DNA from: a virus
Taxonomy: Duplodnaviria > Caudoviricetes
Length of the DNA: 29,832 nucleotides
IMG/VR virus record: IMGVR_UViG_3300042940_001590
Span: 1-29,832 of that record
Direction: 5' to 3' (one strand)
The notes beneath the pieces were generated by a model that saw only the letters and a program-made list of their open reading frames with translations, made no database searches and had not been told where the DNA came from. Both the position numbers and the translations under genes were made by a program. Below, one piece after another: positions 24,047 through 29,832 of this stretch. Numbering within the stretch: the stretch's first letter is position 1; the number at the start of each line of letters is the position of its first letter.

Positions 24047-27000
24047 GTCCAATTTATATTAAAGTCAGCATCTTCACCGTATGGTACTGCCGTTGTTGAT
24101 TCAAGTTCGTCGGCAACAAAGATATTAACAGTCACACCTTCGGGTATAATTCCAACACCTCCTATTTGAATAACAGGTGGTATTTTGCTTGCGTTTGGTG
24201 AATTGAAAGCCGAAATACTATTGTCTAGTTTGTGTCTGAATTTACAAGTCATTCCAACCTTTCGGGTTAGAGTTTCCTGTGGCACGATTTGTGGCGATTC
24301 GTTAACAATTACAGGTATAGGATCAAGGAAATAATCAACGTTTTGCAAGTTGTAATCAGTGAACCAACATAGGTTTTCATGATGCAACATATAATCCATC
24401 AAATGCACGTATTTACTCGATAGATTGTGCGCTTTCATTTCGTAGGTTTTACGCTTAATTCGTCTTACTTTCTCGATTGAATAACTGTAATCTGTTGCGT
24501 TATCAACTTGTAGATTTGGCTGATACCATCCGAAAGAACCATGATAACGCACTGAATCAACCAAAGACGAACCAGTGTAATCAATTCCATTTTCAACATC
24601 AACGAAATCGTAAAGAACCATCAAACGTGCTTCACCGTTAAATGTTTTTCGATTGAACTTGAATAGTTCGTAATTCTCAATCGTGTAGGTATTTTCAATT
24701 CCTGCAACGTTTTCTGTTACCTTCAATTCAAAACAACCAATTCCATCCGTTAAGTAAATCGCGTACCAATTCAATTGAACTGAATACCAACCCGCAGAAT
24801 TAGGCAAAGGCACTGTTTCGCAAATAAATGTAGTTGGTGAACCATCTTTATACAAAGTGAAATCAACGCTATCACCAGCCCAAACATGGCTAGTAGCATC
24901 ACTTCGATTTGGTGTTTCTAAATCAGCAACAACTTTTCTAGCTTCGCAACATTCACGTAAAATACGTTCCTGTTCGATTGGTGACGTTTTTCGCGCCACA
25001 TCGGTGGTTATCTTGGTTCGGTTAAAAACAACATCGGTTTCCGTGCCTTTTCTTGCTTCACCCCAAACTTTTGAACCGAATGACAAATCATCCTGCCAAT
25101 TGATTAGATCGGGGTTAAACTTAGTTCTTAGCGTAACTGTATCACCTGATACTGTTATTTCACAACCAACTTCACCTGATAATGGAATAAGTGGGTTTTG
25201 TGGATCAATACCATAAGGTAAAACCGTTGAACTAACCCAACGTGGCGATTGTTCTTTTGGCTCAACCGTGATCTGACCCCAAACAGTAGCCGATTGCCAA
25301 ATGTATGGAGATGAAGCAACATGAACAGCTTCAACGATAATCGTTTGCCCTGAAATAGGCTTAGTAATAGGTGTTACACCATCTTCTAAGTAGAAGTTAA
25401 TAGTTGATGTTCCCGACCAATCATCGTACGTTAAATGCTCTAAATCAAGAAAGTTCTGATAAGCTCCGTCCGTTGTGTTTATTTCAAGTAAAAACCCTAA
25501 ATCCCAATCAGCATTCTGATAGTGAAACCAGTCTTTATCTTCGCTACCGAAAAAATCAGCACTTACACCTAATTGCGGAAGCCAATAACGCCAATCCATA
25601 AGTAACCCATATTCGGCTTTTATTGCAAATTGCGTTAAAGTATCTTCGGGCGTATCGCGGTAAATCTTAACAACGTTCTTATCTGTTGACGGAGGTAAAA
25701 CAAACCCGCGCCCAACCGTTTGATTGATCGGTTGCGTTTCATCGGGTAAATAAGTGCCTAAAGGAAAGTTAAACTCTTCAAATCGGAAAAACTCACCTGT
25801 GAATTTTCGAGCGACAACACCGAGCGTAATACTTTGGTAAAAACGGTCTGCTGTAATTTGAAGTGACTGTTTCGGAAGCTTAAAAGTAACATCAACTCTT
25901 ATGTCATCTTCGGTATTTATATAACCTAAATCGGGGGCTGAGAATATTAAATTTCCATCGTGATCAATTGGCGTAAAACCAACAAACGGATAACCGCCCA
26001 AAGGGGGAACATACTTCGCCATTGTGGTAAAAGAAGCAGTCAACCAAACTGGTCGAATAAGATTACCTGAAAGCGTATAATCTTCAACTTTAACTGCTAA
26101 TCTGTAGCCTCTATCCGAAGCTGATAAACTCGAAATTAAAGAAGTAAAGTCTGCATTTGGCGTAATATCACCTACAAAAGTTGCCTCGTCACCTCCGACA
26201 TTTACAAATATCTCAAAGTTTTCAATGTCAGTTGCACAACCAAACGAATTTAAACGCCCTGTAATAGTTGCTCCTGATCCTGTAACTGATAAATCTTCGT
26301 CACTACAAAGCATTGAATTTGCTTCAACATGAGCATTCGGATACCAGTTTGGACTATCTTTTGTAAGTACGTGAAACAATCCAATTCCGAACCGTGAATT
26401 TGTCGCATCAAATATCGCGCTTGAATCTTTCGCTTTTACTTTTATTTGAAAGTGTGTAACCTGTGTATAGTCAACTTGGCTAACGGCATCGCCCCCAACG
26501 CTTAAATCAACACTAGTAACTTCAAATTCGGTAGTTATACCGTCAAATACTTCATCAAAGAAACCCGTTTGCCCATCAGGAGTGAGATAGTTAGTTTCGG
26601 CAAAAGTTCCGTTGTCAAGTGCATCAGGCATTACCTTAATGTTTAGCCACATTTTAACGCTATCAGCACCCGTAAATGGCGAGCCGTCGAGGTATAGAAA
26701 TTGTGTGAAGTCACCAAATGCTATCTCATATACCTGTTGACCATATTCATCAGCGAAACGGCTTATAACAGGGTCAATATCTGAACCTCCTGAGAAATTA
26801 CCGATTTGAGTAAATGGCACTGAACCCGATCCAATAGTTAATGTATCAACGCCTGTAGCCAAAAACCGATTAACATTTTCATCAAGCAAACTTTCAGGGA
26901 ATCCGTTTGAATTTGCGGGAACTAGGTTAACCGCAAATTCAACGGCTTGCGGGTCTAAAACGAATTGAATATCACAAATGGTATAAGTATCAGGCGTGGT

Positions 27001-27324
27001 AGCTAATCCGTGTGGTGCCGATAACTTTAAAACGTTTGAATTTACGTAATCGATCGTCAGTCCGACAGGAAGTGCAACACCGTTAACTGATCCCGTCACA
27101 CCCGCACCAACAACCGCGCCCAAATCCTGCCAACTGCCTGAGTTTAGAATAAGAATGTCGTTTGCTCCTGTTACTGAAATAGAATTTCCATAACCAGTTA
27201 AAATAAGACCAAATGAAACACGAAAACGGCAAACGATGAAGTGTTTGTCTAAGGCATTAGCGGTGTAATAAGGTAAATCACGCCCTTGTTTATCCGTTGC
27301 CTTGAAGTCAATTATGTTGATCAT
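24043..27324 (-). CDS. Large virion structural (tail/baseplate-type) protein, 1093 aa
   Basis: Acidic, beta-rich composition; lies between other structural genes and the fibre. Confidence 0.65.
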   Translation of the reverse strand: MINIIDFKATDKQGRDLPYYTANALDKHFIVCRFRVSFGLILTGYGNSISVTGANDILILNSGSWQDLGAVVGAGVTGSVNGVALPVGLTIDYVNSNVLKLSAPHGLATTPDTYTICDIQFVLDPQAVEFAVNLVPANSNGFPESLLDENVNRFLATGVDTLTIGSGSVPFTQIGNFSGGSDIDPVISRFADEYGQQVYEIAFGDFTQFLYLDGSPFTGADSVKMWLNIKVMPDALDNGTFAETNYLTPDGQTGFFDEVFDGITTEFEVTSVDLSVGGDAVSQVDYTQVTHFQIKVKAKDSSAIFDATNSRFGIGLFHVLTKDSPNWYPNAHVEANSMLCSDEDLSVTGSGATITGRLNSFGCATDIENFEIFVNVGGDEATFVGDITPNADFTSLISSLSASDRGYRLAVKVEDYTLSGNLIRPVWLTASFTTMAKYVPPLGGYPFVGFTPIDHDGNLIFSAPDLGYINTEDDIRVDVTFKLPKQSLQITADRFYQSITLGVVARKFTGEFFRFEEFNFPLGTYLPDETQPINQTVGRGFVLPPSTDKNVVKIYRDTPEDTLTQFAIKAEYGLLMDWRYWLPQLGVSADFFGSEDKDWFHYQNADWDLGFLLEINTTDGAYQNFLDLEHLTYDDWSGTSTINFYLEDGVTPITKPISGQTIIVEAVHVASSPYIWQSATVWGQITVEPKEQSPRWVSSTVLPYGIDPQNPLIPLSGEVGCEITVSGDTVTLRTKFNPDLINWQDDLSFGSKVWGEARKGTETDVVFNRTKITTDVARKTSPIEQERILRECCEARKVVADLETPNRSDATSHVWAGDSVDFTLYKDGSPTTFICETVPLPNSAGWYSVQLNWYAIYLTDGIGCFELKVTENVAGIENTYTIENYELFKFNRKTFNGEARLMVLYDFVDVENGIDYTGSSLVDSVRYHGSFGWYQPNLQVDNATDYSYSIEKVRRIKRKTYEMKAHNLSSKYVHLMDYMLHHENLCWFTDYNLQNVDYFLDPIPVIVNESPQIVPQETLTRKVGMTCKFRHKLDNSISAFNSPNASKIPPVIQIGGVGIIPEGVTVNIFVADELESTTAVPYGEDADFNINWT

Positions 27325-27545
27325 TTGCCTGTAAATTGTCTCATTAAATCAGTCGCTTTGGCTATGCTTTCTGGAGTTGCTTCGGTATTCATCAATACAG
27401 TATGAATCTCTTTCTTTTGATCGCTCGAAAGCCCATTGTCTGAGAATATTTGCGTAGTAGATAATGATTTAACCTCTTGCATTAAGCCGTTCATTGTGCT
27501 TATCGCTTGGTTTTGCATTTCACGTAATCTTTGCTCCTGTGACAT
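27321..27545 (-). CDS. Hypothetical protein (74 aa), near-leaderless
   Basis: ATG 27545 (MSQEQRLREMQ) lies 4 nt after -7 TACATTTG (27550-27557); ATGA-coupled to the 1093-aa gene. Confidence 0.65.
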   Translation of the reverse strand: MSQEQRLREMQNQAISTMNGLMQEVKSLSTTQIFSDNGLSSDQKKEIHTVLMNTEATPESIAKATDLMRQFTGK

Positions 27546-27578
27546 AGTACAAATGTATGATATTATGTTAAATAGAAA
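27546..27578. promoter_or_regulatory. Late-type promoter overlapped by a dif-like site
   Basis: AGTACAAATGT-ATGATA-TTATGTTAAAT: perfect XerD arm, degenerate XerC arm, containing the minus-strand -7 element. Confidence 0.55.
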
Positions 27579-27607
27579 TCGACATTCATTTATCAAAGTT
27601 ACAAAAA

Positions 27608-27677
27608 ACCGATTATACTTCATGATTACCGTTTATCACAATATTCAACCATGTTAAACGGATAGTTTGTAGGTTTG
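27608..27677 (+). promoter_or_regulatory. LytTR-box promoter I
   Basis: ACCGATTAT (27608) and ACCGTTTATCACAA (27628); TAGGTTTG starts at 27670 (42 bp). Confidence 0.8.
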
Positions 27678-27692
27678 GTGAAAACGTAAATT

Positions 27693-27932
27693 ATGAAGCC
27701 AGTAAACAACAAATCGTTGCTACATTTTCTATTTGATCAAATGGAAAAACTAGATAACGGAACAATCGACATTAACCAAGCGAACACGCAAGCCAATTTA
27801 GTTAGGCAAGCAAACAATCTTATGCGATATGAGTTAGATAAAGCGAAGGTTTTGATTCAATTAAGTGAACACCATAATTCTAGTGGTAAGAAAATAGAAT
27901 TACGCGATGTTGAAGTCAAAAACTTTGATTAA
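27693..27932 (+). CDS. Conserved phage hypothetical protein
   Basis: 79 aa helical protein, LFDQMEKLDNG motif. Confidence 0.75.
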   Translation: MKPVNNKSLLHFLFDQMEKLDNGTIDINQANTQANLVRQANNLMRYELDKAKVLIQLSEHHNSSGKKIELRDVEVKNFD

Positions 27933-28402
27933 TGGACTATATCAATGCTGAAAAGTTAAGGAAAACAATTGATCTGTATAAGCAAATACAGTCTATAAAT
28001 AAAGATGAATCCGTTTATTTTTTCTCTAGGTTAAAGTATTTAGAGACTGAATTAAGTAATTACGAGTCTTGTAACTTAATTGTTCTTGACAAGACAAAAA
28101 CAGAAATATCTATCGTTTATAAATCTTTACTCCTTAGGATCGAGCATAAATACATACCTGATTCAATGAAGAGGGCTAAGTGGTCTTATCGTGATCCACT
28201 TAGCCAAGTTCAGCAAGACATTAGAAGCAGGGTTAAATCTCATATTATCAACAAAGACCTTTTAGATGCTAAAATTCTATTAAAAAGAAGATGTGGAAAC
28301 GTATATGATTATGATAAATTTGCCTTAGAATTAAATGAAAACATTTTGCTTCAAATGGAAATGAATTTCATTAAAGAAAACCCTGATATATTAAGTCTTT
28401 AA
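27932..28402 (+). CDS. Hypothetical protein
   Basis: 156 aa; TAATG-coupled; shares a TTAA stop with the convergent gene. Confidence 0.7.
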   Translation: MDYINAEKLRKTIDLYKQIQSINKDESVYFFSRLKYLETELSNYESCNLIVLDKTKTEISIVYKSLLLRIEHKYIPDSMKRAKWSYRDPLSQVQQDIRSRVKSHIINKDLLDAKILLKRRCGNVYDYDKFALELNENILLQMEMNFIKENPDILSL

Positions 28403-29832
28403 ATACTAACCACCTTCACGTTATCCATCGAATCGTCTTTTTCCTGATAATCGATTCGTGCGCTATTTTCATCCCATTCGTCGGAGTAATCGATCTTCAC
28501 AATTTTGATCGTTTTACCACTTTGAGTTTTCACAAAGTTGTTAGCCGATAGTTGCGCAAAGTTTCCTGCATAGTAAGGAATAGTCATTGATCGAACTACT
28601 GCAGAAGCATTGGCAGGTTCAAGGTCTAAATGAAAATCGTTATAAATCTTTTGCGTATTCAGATAATCCATGAAATTAACAGGCTGTTTTCCGTTTCCTT
28701 CATTCCAAAACACGCGGGTATTCGTAAAGTACAAGTTTTCAATAACAGCGATTCCAACACGTTCGGCTGTAAATGTACTTGCGTAATTCGTTCCACCACC
28801 GAAAATGCCTGTGATCGCATCTATCGGCTGTAAAACAAGGTTCTTAATGAGTTTTTCCAATCTGAATAATTCCTCTTTACGCCTAATTAAACTCCAAGGC
28901 GCGAAAAAATCACTGTAACCCGCTAAATCCTGATCCGCTTTTATGTAAGCATCGGGTGTGTCGGGATAGGTGTTTATAAATTCAGCCCGCTTTTCGTTAA
29001 ACTCATTTCGGGTAATGTCTTTGGAATGAATGTCGCTTTGATCTTCGGGGTAACGAAGTGTTTTCGCTTGCCAAACTCGGTCAGGATTTGTGTTAAATGT
29101 TTTCTGATCCTGTGTTTTTTCCTGACCTGATAGAAACTCTGCAATAGTAATAGTCGTTGAAGTCTCGAAATAAGCCTCCTTTTCCATTCTCACAGTGTTA
29201 TTAAAACATCTTACAGTCAAATTAAACCAACGAGCCACCTTGTTAATGGCGTCACCTAAAATGGAAAACGTATCACCTTCGCGCGGAAACCATGAGTTAT
29301 AAATGGTGTCGGGGTCTTCGTACTCAAACAATCCAAATATCGATTTACCTTTCACATACTTGTTGATGAAGATCATTTGAAGTTCAGGTGACATTTCCGA
29401 CAAGGCAAAACTTTCAAACGTGAATCCTATACCCGCACAAGCCTTTTGTAATAGCGTGTAAAGCGGTGTTGAATACATTCGTCGCAACGGTGGTGCATAA
29501 GTGTTTCTCACCTGTATTCCATACTGAATAAAAGCAAGTAAAGCAGTAGCAAAGTAAATCGCTACGGCTATTGCTTTGGCTATCGCTGTCAATAAACCTG
29601 TTCCAAGCACATCAAGAAAATCAGCGATCAATTTAGCCAGTTCAAGCGTTGCCTGTATCAACTGAATAGTTAGAATGATTCCTGTGAATATAATTGCAAA
29701 GTGTTCCGCTCTCGTTGTATTCGGGAATATTTGGTATTTTATTTTGGTTGAAATTGATTCAGGTAAAAAACCCTTGCTATTCAGATATTGGAAAGAAACA
29801 CCGTTTGCAACATTGAAAAAATGGGAGCCTGA
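28399..29832 (-). CDS. Virion structural protein with hydrophobic segments (5'-truncated by the window)
   Basis: The frame stays open from the window end through 29661 to the stop at 28399; TM-like helices near residues LLTAIAKAIAVAIYFATALLAFI. Confidence 0.65.
   Translation of the reverse strand, partial: SGSHFFNVANGVSFQYLNSKGFLPESISTKIKYQIFPNTTRAEHFAIIFTGIILTIQLIQATLELAKLIADFLDVLGTGLLTAIAKAIAVAIYFATALLAFIQYGIQVRNTYAPPLRRMYSTPLYTLLQKACAGIGFTFESFALSEMSPELQMIFINKYVKGKSIFGLFEYEDPDTIYNSWFPREGDTFSILGDAINKVARWFNLTVRCFNNTVRMEKEAYFETSTTITIAEFLSGQEKTQDQKTFNTNPDRVWQAKTLRYPEDQSDIHSKDITRNEFNEKRAEFINTYPDTPDAYIKADQDLAGYSDFFAPWSLIRRKEELFRLEKLIKNLVLQPIDAITGIFGGGTNYASTFTAERVGIAVIENLYFTNTRVFWNEGNGKQPVNFMDYLNTQKIYNDFHLDLEPANASAVVRSMTIPYYAGNFAQLSANNFVKTQSGKTIKIVKIDYSDEWDENSARIDYQEKDDSMDNVKVVSI

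Noticed and set aside
155-25601. Antisense ORFs in the track (for example 155-379, 625-936, 4115-4366, 10700-11059, 14779-15129, 15301-15627, 24857-25216)
   Set aside because: They are shadows of well-supported genes on the opposite strand, with atypical composition and no leaders.
1-29832. Stop-codon reassignment
   Set aside because: Long genes are intact in code 11, and TAA, TAG and TGA all terminate tightly packed ORFs.
1-29832. CRISPR array, tRNA, rRNA, integrase, IS element
   Set aside because: None recognised by eye. The dispersed repeats are promoter-linked, not repeat-spacer arrays.

Overview
This AT-rich 29.8 kb window is a segment of a tailed dsDNA phage or prophage in standard code 11. 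The host is almost certainly a Bacteroidota (Flavobacteriia-like) bacterium, judged from TAnnTTTG -7 promoter elements, A-rich leaders without Shine-Dalgarno sites and gene content. Reading mostly on the minus strand from right to left, it holds tail and fibre genes, a putative holin cassette, many small early genes, recombination genes (RecT-like SSAP, YqaJ-like exonuclease, DUF3560), a lambda-O-like initiator with internal iterons, an N6/N4 DNA methyltransferase, a PLD-like protein, terS and terL, an inverted portal, a prohead protease and the start of an HK97-type capsid gene. Three plus-strand early-gene cassettes interrupt this layout. The most striking feature is an apparently complete phage-encoded transcription circuit. 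An orphan LytTR protein is translationally coupled to an un-called ribbon-helix-helix gene behind a palindromic operator, and nine promoters carry LytTR-type boxes (eight as 20-bp-period tandem pairs) exactly 41-42 bp upstream of the -7 element. Other oddities are a circularly permuted prohead protease, XerD-arm sequences at late promoters, a kissing-loop attenuator upstream of the replication genes and several small hidden ORFs and RNA elements. All calls are by-eye motif recognition; no database searches were run.
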